Assembly: GCA_964533265.1 (NCBI GenBank)
Contig: CAZHJW010000001.1
Span: 1 to 51,253 of the forward strand
DNA length: 51,253 nt
Direction of reading: 5' to 3'
Source of the DNA: an uncultured Pedosphaera sp.
Lineage (GTDB): Bacteria; Verrucomicrobiota; Verrucomicrobiia; Limisphaerales; UBA1100
Shown here: piece after piece, positions 18,967 through 31,898 of the stretch
Layout of the letters: each line of letters opens with the position of its first letter
How positions within the stretch are numbered: position 1 is the first letter of the stretch
Notes under the pieces: generated by a model
Database searches by the model: none
What the model was told of the DNA's origin: nothing
What the model saw: the letters and a program-made list of their open reading frames with translations, nothing else
Position numbers and translations under genes: made by a program

Positions 18967-20058
18967 TCAGCTTCGATTCGCATCCAATTCCTTTTCAGTC
19001 CGTAGCCTTAACTGGCCACATGCTGCATCGATATCATGCCCTTTTTCACGGCGTAGTGTTGCCGGTACGCCGAGTTTTATTAGTTTGTTCAGGAAAGCAT
19101 CTTGGGCAGATTGTCTTGGGCGCTCCCATTGGAATTCGTCGACTTCATTGTACGGAATCAAATTTAATTTTGCCCGGAGGCGTTTCGCAATTTCTCCTAG
19201 AGCAAGTGCTTGGCTGAGATTGTCATTAAGGCCAGCTATAAGAATATACTCGAGAGTAATCATCCCATTCTTTGAAGATTGATACTCTTCAATTGCTGCG
19301 ATCAGTTTACTCAGAGGATACTTCTTGTTAACAGGCATAAGCTTGTTGCGAATTTCATCTGTGGCGCCATGCAGGCTTACGGCTAGCCGGTATTGATGGG
19401 GCTCCTTCGCTAGTTTACGTATTTGTGGCGCTAGTCCACTTGTGGAAATTGTAATCTTACGTGCCCCAATATTTGCGCCCCACTGAGCATTGAGAATCTC
19501 CAGCGCGGACATGAGATTGGAGTAGTTTGCCAGAGGTTCACCCATTCCCATGATTACAAGATTTGTTATCAAGCGGCTATGATTCCCGCGTTGGCCTCGT
19601 TGCATGCGTTCCACAGAGAGCACTTGGTCCACGATCTCTGCAGGCTTTAGATTTCGCTTAAAGCCTTCGAGCCCACTCGCGCAAAATCTACAACCATATG
19701 CGCATCCGACTTGTGTGGACACGCAAAGTGTATATCGGTCGCTGGTTTCCCCGTAAAGGGATGTGTTTGCCGGGATAAGCACACTTTCAACAAGTTGATC
19801 GTCCTCTAGTCGCCAAAGGAATTTTTGTGTTGTTTGAAGGCGACCCTGCTCTCGCTCGATATTTACAGTGCTAAAAATAAAATTAGTGGCTAGAAGTTCT
19901 TGAAGTGAAGCGGGTAAATTAGACATTTGGCTCCATCCTGCTACTTGCCCTTGGTGTACCCATTTAATTATTTGCTGTGACCTATAATTAAGCTCTCCTA
20001 CCGAATATAACCATTCCTGCAGGTCACCAGGAGACAATATTGAAACTGGCCGGCGCAC
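18967..20058 (-). CDS. rlmN: 23S rRNA/tRNA m2A radical-SAM methyltransferase
   Basis: CVSTQVGCAYGCRFC, MGMGEP, ISTSG, NLIPYN, IDAACGQL. Confidence 0.95.
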   Translation of the reverse strand: MRRPVSILSPGDLQEWLYSVGELNYRSQQIIKWVHQGQVAGWSQMSNLPASLQELLATNFIFSTVNIEREQGRLQTTQKFLWRLEDDQLVESVLIPANTSLYGETSDRYTLCVSTQVGCAYGCRFCASGLEGFKRNLKPAEIVDQVLSVERMQRGQRGNHSRLITNLVIMGMGEPLANYSNLMSALEILNAQWGANIGARKITISTSGLAPQIRKLAKEPHQYRLAVSLHGATDEIRNKLMPVNKKYPLSKLIAAIEEYQSSKNGMITLEYILIAGLNDNLSQALALGEIAKRLRAKLNLIPYNEVDEFQWERPRQSAQDAFLNKLIKLGVPATLRREKGHDIDAACGQLRLRTEKELDANRS

Positions 20059-20062
20059 GCTA

Positions 20063-22168
20063 CTAAGACTGGTAATATTTAAGAGAATAATCCTGAACCA
20101 TCCGCCATGTGTTATATTGCGGGGTTATCGTTGCCATCGCGTGGCGCATTTTTTTGATCCAAGCTCGTGGTATTCCAGATGCATCTCGATTATAAAAAGT
20201 TGGGATTACTTCTTCAGAGAGCACGCGGAACAGATTCTGGCTATCTATCTGGTCTTGTTTCTCTATGTTTTCAGAGTGTTCGTCGCCTCCGATGGAAAAG
20301 CCGTTATCACCATCAAAAACCTCACGCCACCAGCCGTCCATAATACTGCAATTCAAGCCGCCATGGGCGGCCGTTTTCATTCCACTTGTGCCGCTAGCCT
20401 CCAAAGGTCTTCTAGGGTTATTAAGCCATACGTCGCACCCTCCGACTAGTGTGCGGCCAATCTGAATATCGTAGTTCTCTATAAAAACAAGATGGCCGGC
20501 TAATTCGCTTTGTTTAGACAGGTGGGCTATCTTCTGGATGAAGCGTTTACCTTCGTCATCTGCTGGATGAGCTTTGCCCGCAAAAATGAATTGGATTGGC
20601 CGCTCTGCATCATTGGCGAGTTTTGCGACTTTTTCAAACTGGTCAAAAATGAGGGGGGCACGCTTGTAGGTGGCAAAGCGCCGGGCAAAGCCAATAGTAA
20701 GGGTGTCCGCGCCCAATAGGTGGTCATAGTTAATAAAATCTCCTTCCCTGGCTTTGGGAACGTCAATCAGGCGGCTTCGGGTGAAATCAATTAGCTCGCG
20801 CCGGAGACGATATCTTAGGGCCCACAGTTCTTCGTCGGAAATAAAATCGGGGTCTTCTGCTTTAGACCAGAATTCACGGCTGTTGATTTCTTCGTAGAAT
20901 CCAGCTCCATTCGTTAGACGCGGCTGCCAGAAATCTCGTGCTGATCGACTCATCCAGCCAAGGAGATGAATGCCATTAGTTACATGTCCAATGGGTACTT
21001 CCTCCACCGATACATCATATTTATCCTGCCACATACTGCGACTCACCGATCCATGAAGTTCGCTGACACCGTTAGCCGCGCGGCTGGTGTTTAATGCCAA
21101 GACAGTCATGCAAAAGGTTTCATCTTCATCATCTGGATTCAGTCGGCCCAATGCCATCAACTGTGCGTGGGAAAGGTTGAGATGTTTTTCATACCGATTT
21201 AAAGCATACCTCATAAGCTCAGGATTGAATCGGTCGTGGCCAGCAGGCACCGGAGTGTGTGTTGTAAATATGCATTCCTGGCGCGTTGTATCCAGTGCTA
21301 TGTCAAATGATATATCATCTGCCATTTTTTCTCTAATGAGTTCTAAAGCCAGAAAAGCAGCATGACCTTCATTCATGTGGAATACCCTCGGCTGTTCCCC
21401 CAGAGCCCTCAAAAGCTTAACTCCACCGACGCCAAGCAGAATTTCCTGCTGGATTCGAGTAGCGCTATCGCCTCCGTATACGCGTAATGTTAAATCGCGA
21501 TAATGAGCTGGGTTTTCCGGGAGATTGGCATCCAATAGATACAGCGGACAGCGGCCTACATTTATTCTCCAAGATCGATAACGAACTGTGTCAGTTGCGA
21601 TATCAACACTGCAGATTAAAGGCTCTCCTTTTTCATCCAAAACCGGATCCATGGGAAGATTCTGTGGGTTAAGTTGATTGTAGTATTCGGTTTGCCAATT
21701 ATCTTGATTGATTGTCTGCTGGAAATATCCCTCTCTGTAAAACAAAGTGATACCGCAAAAATTAAGTCCAAGGTCACTTGCGCTTTTGATGTGATCTCCG
21801 GCCAAAACTCCAAGGCCGCCAGCGGCAATAGGCAAGGTTTCATGTAGGCCAAATTCTGCGGAAAAGTACGCGATCGGCTTTTCGCCTAAATCAGAATCTT
21901 CACGGCTAACCCAAGTGTCGTCAGAATTGATATATTCTTGGAACTCATCCAGCACGATTGCTACTCTTTTGGCATATTCTGGTTCAAGTAGGCGTGTTCG
22001 TAATTCTATTCCTGATACTTCCCTTAAAATGGCTACTGGATTATGATAAACATTCTGCCAAGTCCTAGGGGAGAGTTCTCCGAATATCCCTCGAGCATCC
22101 TGATTCCATGTCCACCAGATGTTCCGGGCTAGAGAATTGAGAGAAGTGATCGTCTCAGATATGTCCAT
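20063..22168 (-). CDS. glgP: Alpha-glucan phosphorylase
   Basis: AYFSAEFG, GGLGVLAGD, HMNEGH, FTTHTPVPAGH, ARRFATYKR, EASGTSGMK (PLP lysine). Confidence 0.95.
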   Translation of the reverse strand: MDISETITSLNSLARNIWWTWNQDARGIFGELSPRTWQNVYHNPVAILREVSGIELRTRLLEPEYAKRVAIVLDEFQEYINSDDTWVSREDSDLGEKPIAYFSAEFGLHETLPIAAGGLGVLAGDHIKSASDLGLNFCGITLFYREGYFQQTINQDNWQTEYYNQLNPQNLPMDPVLDEKGEPLICSVDIATDTVRYRSWRINVGRCPLYLLDANLPENPAHYRDLTLRVYGGDSATRIQQEILLGVGGVKLLRALGEQPRVFHMNEGHAAFLALELIREKMADDISFDIALDTTRQECIFTTHTPVPAGHDRFNPELMRYALNRYEKHLNLSHAQLMALGRLNPDDEDETFCMTVLALNTSRAANGVSELHGSVSRSMWQDKYDVSVEEVPIGHVTNGIHLLGWMSRSARDFWQPRLTNGAGFYEEINSREFWSKAEDPDFISDEELWALRYRLRRELIDFTRSRLIDVPKAREGDFINYDHLLGADTLTIGFARRFATYKRAPLIFDQFEKVAKLANDAERPIQFIFAGKAHPADDEGKRFIQKIAHLSKQSELAGHLVFIENYDIQIGRTLVGGCDVWLNNPRRPLEASGTSGMKTAAHGGLNCSIMDGWWREVFDGDNGFSIGGDEHSENIEKQDQIDSQNLFRVLSEEVIPTFYNRDASGIPRAWIKKMRHAMATITPQYNTWRMVQDYSLKYYQS

Positions 22169-22255
22169 GGCAAAACCTGAGGTTTTATGCCATTAAAAAC
22201 CAGCGGAATTTTGTAGCGCAATGGTAATTTGTTGTGCATGGTTCGGGCCATCCTT

Positions 22256-22933
22256 ATGAAGATAACGAGTATTACCGGCATTTTAGTTATTGCTTATGGA
22301 CTCCACGGGCAAGACAAGAACCCGCTAAAGGTTGAGCCGCCCAAAAAACCCGACATTAAAGAGGTCAGTCCAGGTATATTTCAGGTCGGAACCGTTCGCC
22401 TCAATAAAGAGAAGCGTGAAATTTCGCTTCCTGTTATTGTGAACATGAATGAAGGACCGATGGAGTACTTGGTTGTCACAGGAAAAGGAAAGACTCACGA
22501 GAGTCTTCTGGTTACAAGTGCAGAGCCATTTCACCTCCAAGTTGCAATGCTGTTGATCAACTGCAAAGGAAGCAATGGAAAACTTATCCCAGAAGATGCA
22601 GGAAAGACTATCCCAGGTGAGCCTGTCGAAATGGAATTGCAATGGAAGGTTGGCGATAAGAAAAAGAAATCTAGGCTCGAAAAGTTTATATCTCGTGCAG
22701 ACAAAAAACCGGTAAAAGAAGGGCCATTCATTTTTAATGGCTCCCGAATGTTTGACGGTTCTTTTCTTGCGCAACGGGACGGATCAATCGTCTCTTTGAT
22801 TACTGACAATTCAGCACAATTCAACAACCCGCGGGCCGGTCGTGAAGACGATGACATGTGGCGCCCCCATCGCAAAGGGTTGCCCTCTCTAGACAGTAAT
22901 GGGACGCTAGTTATTCGTGTAATTAAAAAATAA
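22256..22933 (+). CDS. YdjY-domain secreted protein
   Basis: Signal peptide; EY.VV..GKTHESLL...P..LQVAMLL..G..G and FxFNGS...GSIVSL patterns as recalled for YdjY. Start could be 22238 or 22256. Confidence 0.65.
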   Translation: MKITSITGILVIAYGLHGQDKNPLKVEPPKKPDIKEVSPGIFQVGTVRLNKEKREISLPVIVNMNEGPMEYLVVTGKGKTHESLLVTSAEPFHLQVAMLLINCKGSNGKLIPEDAGKTIPGEPVEMELQWKVGDKKKKSRLEKFISRADKKPVKEGPFIFNGSRMFDGSFLAQRDGSIVSLITDNSAQFNNPRAGREDDDMWRPHRKGLPSLDSNGTLVIRVIKK

Positions 22934-22977
22934 AGTAACCTATCACCGGTTTCGTTACTCTTAGAATTAGGCTTTAT

Positions 22978-23457
22978 ATGAAAAGCGCCATTTTTTTAGC
23001 TTCAATTTCAGTCTTATGGGCAATTCTGATGGGCTGCGCACCTGCTGAGAACGCGCCTCAAAATGATGCATCTGACTCTGGGCAGGCAAAAGAGGTAGTG
23101 CAGGTCTTGGGAAAGACTGCCAAACTTGAGAAGAAACCACCGATTGCGACTCTAATGGAAATGGAGCGCCGGGATGGAAAAGGTAATGTAGTTGGCCTTA
23201 ATGAGAAAGGCTTATGGTATAAAAGGGGCGAAAATGATCCTTATACAGGAATTATTGCGGGTTACTACAAGGCTAAGGGAGAGGGGGAACCCGTTATGGC
23301 TTCAAAACGAGAGTATAAACACGGAATTCAGGTTGGGACTGAGACTGGTTGGTATACGAATGGTAAGAAAAGGATAGAGCTGGCATACGAAAATGGAGAA
23401 GCAATCTCGATGAGACAATGGGACGCCGACGGCAAAGAATTAGGCAATAACGACTAA
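22978..23457 (+). CDS. Lipoprotein with MORN-variant repeats
   Basis: Lipobox LMGC; PYTG, YKHGIQVGTETGWYTNGKK, YENG repeats. Confidence 0.75.
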   Translation: MKSAIFLASISVLWAILMGCAPAENAPQNDASDSGQAKEVVQVLGKTAKLEKKPPIATLMEMERRDGKGNVVGLNEKGLWYKRGENDPYTGIIAGYYKAKGEGEPVMASKREYKHGIQVGTETGWYTNGKKRIELAYENGEAISMRQWDADGKELGNND

Positions 23458-23473
23458 AATAAGTTAGATTATC

Positions 23474-24616
23474 ATGAGAAAATCACTCGCTATATTGTTT
23501 TCTGTAATGATGGTATTTGTATTCTCCGGAACGGGGCAGACGGATATCTCTTTTCAGAATGAACTGCAACGATCGATCGATCGTGGCATTGAATCATTAA
23601 AGAAAAGCCAGAACCCTGAAGGTTTCTGGACAAATGCCGATCACCCTGCTGTGACAGCACTTGTCCTTGTAGCGTACCACGGTAACCCTAAAAAGCCAAA
23701 AGAGACTCCAGATTGGGTTAACAAGGGTCATGATTTCATGCTTAAGCACGTCCAGCTTGATGGCAGCATCTATGTTCCTGAGAAAGGCTTGGCGAACTAC
23801 AACACAGCTTTGTGTGTGATGGCTATGCTTGCATCTAAAGACGCAAAGTATAATCCGACAATAATTAAGGCTCGAAAATACCTTATAGGGCAACAATGGG
23901 ATTTAGGAGTTAAAGGTAAATCGGACCACCCATTGGATGGCGGGGTCGGGTACGGCAATCGATTTCCTCATGGTGACCTGAATAATACTCTTATGGCACT
24001 GGAGGCAATTTACTATAGCAAACATCTGGTCAAGGATTCTCCTGAAGCAAAGAACGATTTGAACTGGAAAGCGGCAATTTCTTTCATTCAAAATTGCCAG
24101 AACCTCAAATCCCATAATAAACAACCATGGGTCAGTGAAGATCCTGAGAATAAAGGCGGCATGATTTACTTCCCTGGCAAAAGTCAGGCTGGTGAAGTTA
24201 AGGGCAGTAAATCTGGTCGGACTGCTCTGCGCAGTTACGGTAGTATTAGCTATGCTGGAATGCTCAGTTACGCATACGCTAATTTAGATAAAGGTGATCC
24301 GAGAGTTCAAGCCGTTCAGAAATGGCTGGCCACTAACTATACCTTGAAAGAAAATCCCGGAATGGGTGCCCAGGGGCTTTTCTATTATTACTTCCTGATG
24401 ACCAAAGCCCTTACGATCTATGGCACGGATAATCTCACTTTGCCTAACGGGAAAAAAGTGGATTGGCGCAAAGAGGTAGGTCTTAAGCTTATGGGGGCGC
24501 AAGAGCAGGATGGCTCATGGGTCAACAAAGGCTCATCAAGATGGTGGGAAAACGAGAAGCCTCTTGTTAGTGCATACAGTATTATTGCGTTAAATTACCT
24601 TCATCGAGGGCAATAA
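23474..24616 (+). CDS. Secreted prenyltransferase/squalene-cyclase-fold (alpha/alpha barrel) protein
   Basis: QW-type repeats (SQNPEGFW, VQLDGSI, QEQDGSW), DGGVGY, GGMIY, YYYF; signal peptide. Confidence 0.8.
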   Translation: MRKSLAILFSVMMVFVFSGTGQTDISFQNELQRSIDRGIESLKKSQNPEGFWTNADHPAVTALVLVAYHGNPKKPKETPDWVNKGHDFMLKHVQLDGSIYVPEKGLANYNTALCVMAMLASKDAKYNPTIIKARKYLIGQQWDLGVKGKSDHPLDGGVGYGNRFPHGDLNNTLMALEAIYYSKHLVKDSPEAKNDLNWKAAISFIQNCQNLKSHNKQPWVSEDPENKGGMIYFPGKSQAGEVKGSKSGRTALRSYGSISYAGMLSYAYANLDKGDPRVQAVQKWLATNYTLKENPGMGAQGLFYYYFLMTKALTIYGTDNLTLPNGKKVDWRKEVGLKLMGAQEQDGSWVNKGSSRWWENEKPLVSAYSIIALNYLHRGQ

Positions 24617-24649
24617 AAAAAGGTGCTCCACCACCCGTCTCGGGATGTT

Positions 24650-27268
24650 TCAATCTATGGTGGCAGCCTCTTCCTGGTTGGCGGAAACCACAGGTGCAAT
24701 GTCCTGTAACCGGTCCTTATCATCGACATTTACCAATCGGACCCCTTGGGTATTGCGACCAGCTTGGCGGATGCCGCTTACTGAAGTACGAACCATTTGT
24801 CCGCCCACGGTAATTAGCATGATTTCATCACCATCATGAACGGTTAGCCCTCCAATAACCTTGCCTGTTTTTTTGGTGATTTTCATCGTTTTTATGCCCT
24901 TTCCTCCCCGTGACTGTACGCGGTAATCATCAAAGACAGTTCGTTTACCAATACCATTTTCCCCGGCAACAAGTAATGTTGCATCGGCGCTGACAATTGA
25001 TAATGCAACTACGTGGTCATCTTTGCCGAGTCGAATCCCACGCACTCCGGCAGCTGCGCGCCCCATGGTTCTGACGCCGTCTTCGTGAAAGCGAATGCTT
25101 TGACCATCGGCTGTCACTAGAACCACGTCATCGTGACCCGTGGTAAATCGGGCCTCAATTAAGGTGTCCCCAGGTGTAATTTTAATGGCAATAATCCCAC
25201 CGCGCCGGACATTTGCGAAATCGTTTAAGGCGGTCTTTTTCACTGTCCCTGACCGAGTGGTGAAGAAAATACACCTGTCTTGTTGCCATGTGAGATCCTC
25301 TTTGTTCTTGCCATATATGGCTTGCACACGGATGACGTCCGCAATCTTTTCGCTGTGTTTTAATTCCAGCACATTGGCAATGCTACGACCTTTGGAGGCG
25401 CGGCCTAGGTCGGGAATTTCATGTACCCGCTCAACATAAACGCGGCCACTATTCGTGAAGAACATTAAATAGTCGTGAGTGTTGGCTGGGAAAAGGTGCT
25501 CAATGAAGTCACTAACCTCCTTCTCAGTGGTAGCCTTCCGTGTTTTCATGCCGATTACGCCTTTGCCGCCACGGCGCTGAGCCTTAAAGGCGTTGGTGTT
25601 GGTGCGCTTGATAAGGCCGTTATGCGTAACAGTTATCATCACCGATTCATTTGCGATGAGATCCTCAATGGACATTTCCCCTTCGTCCGGAGCCAAATCA
25701 GTGCGTCTAGGGGTTGCGTATTTTTCTTTTACGACGTTCAGTTCATCTTTGATAATCGTAAGCACACGCGCTTCCTTGGACAGAATATCAAGTAGGTCCT
25801 TTATCTTTTTAACCAACTCCTTGTATTCAGCGCGTGTTTTATCGATTTCTAGGCCGGTGAGTTGGTAGAGGCGAAGTTCGAGAATAGCATTAGCCTGCTC
25901 TTCACTGAATTCATACCGTCCATTGATTAGGCGTCCCTTGTTTCTTATGAGGATACCTAGTTTTTCAACAGCAGCCTTGGTGAAATCAAAGGCCATCAGT
26001 TTTACTTTAGCCTCATCTCGGTTTGATGATCCCCTAATAATCTTGATGAATTTATCTAGATTAGAGAGAGCTATGATATAGCCCTCCAGTGTTTCAGCTC
26101 GACGTTCAGCTTTTTCCAGCTCGTAGCGTGTCCTTCTTATCACCACATCTCGCCGGTGCTCGATATAGCAGTTAATTGCATCCTTAAGCGAAAGCGTCTT
26201 GGGCCGCCCGTGGTCAATCGCCAGCATGTTAACACTAAAAGAGGTGGCGAGTTGGGTGTGTTTGTAGAGATTATTGATAACCACTTTGGGTACCGCATCT
26301 CGTTTTAGCTCAATAACCACCCGAGTGTTCTCATCTGACTCATCGCGCACCGCAGTAATTTCAGATAGGATTTTCTCGTTAGCCAGTTCAGCGATGCGTT
26401 CAACAAGTGTTGCTCGGTTAACGTTATACGGGATCTCGGTAACGACAATTTGTGTCTTGCCGCCGCGCATCTCCTCTACTCCTAGTTTGCCTCTAACTTT
26501 GATTGAACCTTTGCCGGTTGAGAAATAATCTTCTACGGGTTTAAGGCCTATAACCGTGCAGCCAGTTGGGAAATCAGGCCCTTTGATGTGTTTCATCAAA
26601 CCTTTGAGGTTGATTTCCGGGTCGTCTATCTGCGCGCAAATTCCGTCGATTACCTCACCAAGATTATGCGGGGCCATATTAGTCGCCATGCCAACCGCGA
26701 TTCCCGTGCCTCCATTAACAAGCAGGTTTGGGAATGAAGCCGGGAACACGGTCGGCTCCATGAGGCGCTCGTCGTAGTTGGCCACCCAATTGACGGTGTC
26801 CTTGTCCATGTCGGACATGAGCGAACCCCCCAGATTAGTCAGGCGCGCCTCGGTGTAACGCATGGCCGCTGGAGGGTCACCCTCCACGCTCCCAAAATTA
26901 CCCTGCCCGTCAATCAGAGTATCGCGCATGGACCAAGGCTGAGCCATGTTGACGAGCGTGGGGTAAATAACTGCTTCACCGTGCGGGTGATAATTTCCGC
27001 TAGTATCGCCGGCTATCTTGGCGCATTTAAAGTGTTTTTTGGGTGGATATAGCGACAGTTCATGCATCGCGTATAAAATGCGTCGCTGCGAAGGCTTGAG
27101 CCCATCACGGGCATCGGGAAGCGCCCGGGAGATGATGACCGACATCGAGTAGTCGAGGAATGAGTTCTTAATCTCATCAGCGACGTTGATGGGAGCGATC
27201 TTTTCGTTGGCTGCAAACAGAGGAGTGTTAGATACGGGCAATTCCTCAGAGCCCTTTTTCTTTGCCAT
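24650..27268 (-). CDS. gyrA: DNA gyrase subunit A
   Basis: RALPDARDGLKP, YHPHG, AAMRYTE (catalytic Tyr), GyrA-box QRRGGKG, CTD blades. Confidence 0.97.
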   Translation of the reverse strand: MAKKKGSEELPVSNTPLFAANEKIAPINVADEIKNSFLDYSMSVIISRALPDARDGLKPSQRRILYAMHELSLYPPKKHFKCAKIAGDTSGNYHPHGEAVIYPTLVNMAQPWSMRDTLIDGQGNFGSVEGDPPAAMRYTEARLTNLGGSLMSDMDKDTVNWVANYDERLMEPTVFPASFPNLLVNGGTGIAVGMATNMAPHNLGEVIDGICAQIDDPEINLKGLMKHIKGPDFPTGCTVIGLKPVEDYFSTGKGSIKVRGKLGVEEMRGGKTQIVVTEIPYNVNRATLVERIAELANEKILSEITAVRDESDENTRVVIELKRDAVPKVVINNLYKHTQLATSFSVNMLAIDHGRPKTLSLKDAINCYIEHRRDVVIRRTRYELEKAERRAETLEGYIIALSNLDKFIKIIRGSSNRDEAKVKLMAFDFTKAAVEKLGILIRNKGRLINGRYEFSEEQANAILELRLYQLTGLEIDKTRAEYKELVKKIKDLLDILSKEARVLTIIKDELNVVKEKYATPRRTDLAPDEGEMSIEDLIANESVMITVTHNGLIKRTNTNAFKAQRRGGKGVIGMKTRKATTEKEVSDFIEHLFPANTHDYLMFFTNSGRVYVERVHEIPDLGRASKGRSIANVLELKHSEKIADVIRVQAIYGKNKEDLTWQQDRCIFFTTRSGTVKKTALNDFANVRRGGIIAIKITPGDTLIEARFTTGHDDVVLVTADGQSIRFHEDGVRTMGRAAAGVRGIRLGKDDHVVALSIVSADATLLVAGENGIGKRTVFDDYRVQSRGGKGIKTMKITKKTGKVIGGLTVHDGDEIMLITVGGQMVRTSVSGIRQAGRNTQGVRLVNVDDKDRLQDIAPVVSANQEEAATID

Positions 27269-27276
27269 TGGGGAAA

Positions 27277-29772
<2,496 letters not shown>

Positions 29773-29860
29773 CTACTATTTGGGTCAAAATCCCAAAGAA
29801 GAGAAAGTAGACAAAATAGAGTTTTATCACAAACGTTTTTCATTAATAGCTAACACTAAT

Positions 29861-29907
29861 ACACTGTATATTGAACCGAGAGAGAGGGCGGCTACAATAT
29901 AGAGTGC
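29861..29907. promoter_or_regulatory. Tandem NrdR-box-like operators upstream of gyrB
   Basis: ACACTGTATATTGAAC (29861-29876) and CTACAATATAGAGTGC (29892-29907) resemble the consensus acaCwAtATaTwGtgt and are 31 bp apart start-to-start. Confidence 0.6.
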
Positions 29908-29930
29908 ATGTTAATAACTAGTGAGCAAGA

Positions 29931-29957
29931 AGAAAGCCCCGCAAGGCGGGGCTTTCT
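29931..29957 (-). terminator. Intrinsic terminator after the anti-sigma gene
   Basis: AGAAAGCCCCGC-AAG-GCGGGGCTTTCT perfect 12-bp inverted repeat; the minus strand continues TTTCTTCTT. Confidence 0.85.
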
Positions 29958-29976
29958 AAAAAATTGATAAAAGCTC

Positions 29977-30567
29977 TTATCGGTCTGGATTTTCTATGGA
30001 TTCAGGAAGAGTGTTGGGATCCTCAGGGCTGATGAGGTTTCCATTGCCCTGAATTCCCTCGAAGCTGAAAACTCCAACTTCCGGAGTCTTAGTTGATTCC
30101 TCTTCTAGCAAAGAGGTCGAATTTTCAGTTAATCCGCTAGTTGTCTCGTTATGAATGGAAGGATAATTCAGTGTTTCATTTGAATTATTATCCACGCTGA
30201 CCGAATCGTAATTTAGTATTAGGGCCGAAATAGCGAGCAAGCTTCCCGCAGGAAGCAACCAATGTAGTAAGCTTCCCTGCCCGGAAGGGTGCGACTCCAA
30301 TACTTGAGTTGGATTTGGCTCTTTGAGGGCAGTTGACTCCTCAAATTCAATTTGCCGTTGGATTTGAGACCAGTAAAAAGTCCTAGATTCTTCTAATTTT
30401 GCCTCGTTTTCGCCTGATTTTAGTAGTATTTGGATCGTTTCAAGCTCATCAGCTACGGACTTAGCCTCTAGGCTTGAGTCAACCAGATTGGCTATTATTG
30501 CTGATTCCTGAGGTGCAAGTTCACCGTCCAGCCAAGCTTGTATTTTTAGTCTATCTTCCTGATTCAT
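29977..30567 (-). CDS. Anti-sigma factor (single TM)
   Basis: IQAWLDGEL N-terminal anti-sigma motif, W..I...I, TM segment; directly downstream of the ECF sigma gene. Confidence 0.8.
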   Translation of the reverse strand: MNQEDRLKIQAWLDGELAPQESAIIANLVDSSLEAKSVADELETIQILLKSGENEAKLEESRTFYWSQIQRQIEFEESTALKEPNPTQVLESHPSGQGSLLHWLLPAGSLLAISALILNYDSVSVDNNSNETLNYPSIHNETTSGLTENSTSLLEEESTKTPEVGVFSFEGIQGNGNLISPEDPNTLPESIENPDR

Positions 30568-30586
30568 TATACGCTGATTTATAGAC

Positions 30587-31186
30587 TTATCCTCGCCTTT
30601 CTTTCTTCAAAGAAATTAACATTTTTGCCAGTCGCCTTCTAGCATAGAATAATCGACTCATCACCGTTCCGATCGAGCATTGCATGGATTTGGCTATTTC
30701 CCGATATTCCATCCGCTCAAATTCATGCAGGACAAGGACCGTTCGGTGTTCGTAACTTAGCTTTTCCATGGCCTTGTCAATTTCTTGGCGTAATTCAGAG
30801 CGTTCCATGCCTTCGGTAGGATTATATTCCTCAATGGGCATTCTGCGCTCAAATCCACCGGGTTCTTCATCCATTTGATCAAGCGAATCGGTCTTTTGTC
30901 TTTGCTTCTTTCGTAAAAGATCCAAGCATAGGTTAATGCAGATTCGCGTCATCCAGGTGGTAAAGCTAGAGTTGCGCTGGAATTGCGTTAACCGCTGCCA
31001 GCCTTTTACCCACGCCTCTTGAGAGATGTCCAAAGCTTCATCTGGATTGCGCAACATACTGAAAGCCCGTGCATAAATTTTATCCCTGTGTCGATGGATT
31101 AGCTCTTCATAAGGTTCCATGTTTCCTTTCTGGGAGGAAAGAACCAACTCATCGTCGGAAGAATTGGGGAAATCAGGCTTAGTCAT
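30587..31186 (-). CDS. ECF RNA polymerase sigma-70 factor
   Basis: D.ELV, A.DISQEAWVK, F.TWM.RICINL.LD, L.EFE.M.Y.EIA....C.IGTVMSRLFYAR. Confidence 0.92.
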   Translation of the reverse strand: MTKPDFPNSSDDELVLSSQKGNMEPYEELIHRHRDKIYARAFSMLRNPDEALDISQEAWVKGWQRLTQFQRNSSFTTWMTRICINLCLDLLRKKQRQKTDSLDQMDEEPGGFERRMPIEEYNPTEGMERSELRQEIDKAMEKLSYEHRTVLVLHEFERMEYREIAKSMQCSIGTVMSRLFYARRRLAKMLISLKKERRG

Positions 31187-31190
31187 ACCC

Positions 31191-31856
31191 TTATCCCTTC
31201 AATTGGCCCTTGGTGCTTGGTATAGAGTGACCGATGCGTGGGTCTTTTTGACAGGCAAAATCCATGGCCTTGGCAAAGGCTTTAAATATGGCCTCTACTA
31301 CATGATGTGGTTCTTGACCGTAGAGCAATTCCAAGTGGAGATTGCAACGGGCTTCGTTGGTGAATCCCTGGAAAAATTCGCGTGCCAACCCAAATCGAAA
31401 CCGGCAGGAATCATCTTGATTCATTTCTCCTTTCAATATTTTGAAGCCCAGCTTGTCCATGCCATTCCATACAAGGTATGGGCGTCCGCTGAAATCAACT
31501 ACGGCTCTAGCCAAGGTTTCATCCATGGGTAAATGCGCTTCACCCCACAGGGGGTTGCGTGGGTCAAATCCAGTGCCGTAGCGCCGAATGCCGCGCTTCT
31601 CGCCCAGAGCCTGCCAGTAGGCCTGCCCCAACGAAATACCTACATCCTCTACGGCATGATGCAAATCCACATCGATATCTCCGATGCATTTTACATGGAG
31701 GTCACAAACAGCGTGTTTGGCGAAGAGTGTGAGCATGTGGTCGAAGAATGGAATGCCTGTGACTATCGATGACTTGCCTTTGCCGTCGATCTTCAGTTTG
31801 AGGGTGATCCGGGTTTCGCCCGTGACGCGTTCAATATGCGCCGTGCGCGTGCTCAT
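31191..31856 (-). CDS. hisB: Imidazoleglycerol-phosphate dehydratase
   Basis: [40 protein letters not shown]. Confidence 0.95.
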   Translation of the reverse strand: MSTRTAHIERVTGETRITLKLKIDGKGKSSIVTGIPFFDHMLTLFAKHAVCDLHVKCIGDIDVDLHHAVEDVGISLGQAYWQALGEKRGIRRYGTGFDPRNPLWGEAHLPMDETLARAVVDFSGRPYLVWNGMDKLGFKILKGEMNQDDSCRFRFGLAREFFQGFTNEARCNLHLELLYGQEPHHVVEAIFKAFAKAMDFACQKDPRIGHSIPSTKGQLKG

Positions 31857-31898
31857 GGTGACTGTTTCTTAGCGGAGAAATTGCAGAAAAGCGACTGT

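Noticed and set aside
22978-23457. YwqK-type antitoxin / toxin-antitoxin system
   Set aside because: MORN-variant repeats give this label generically; the protein is a lipoprotein and has no adjacent toxin gene.
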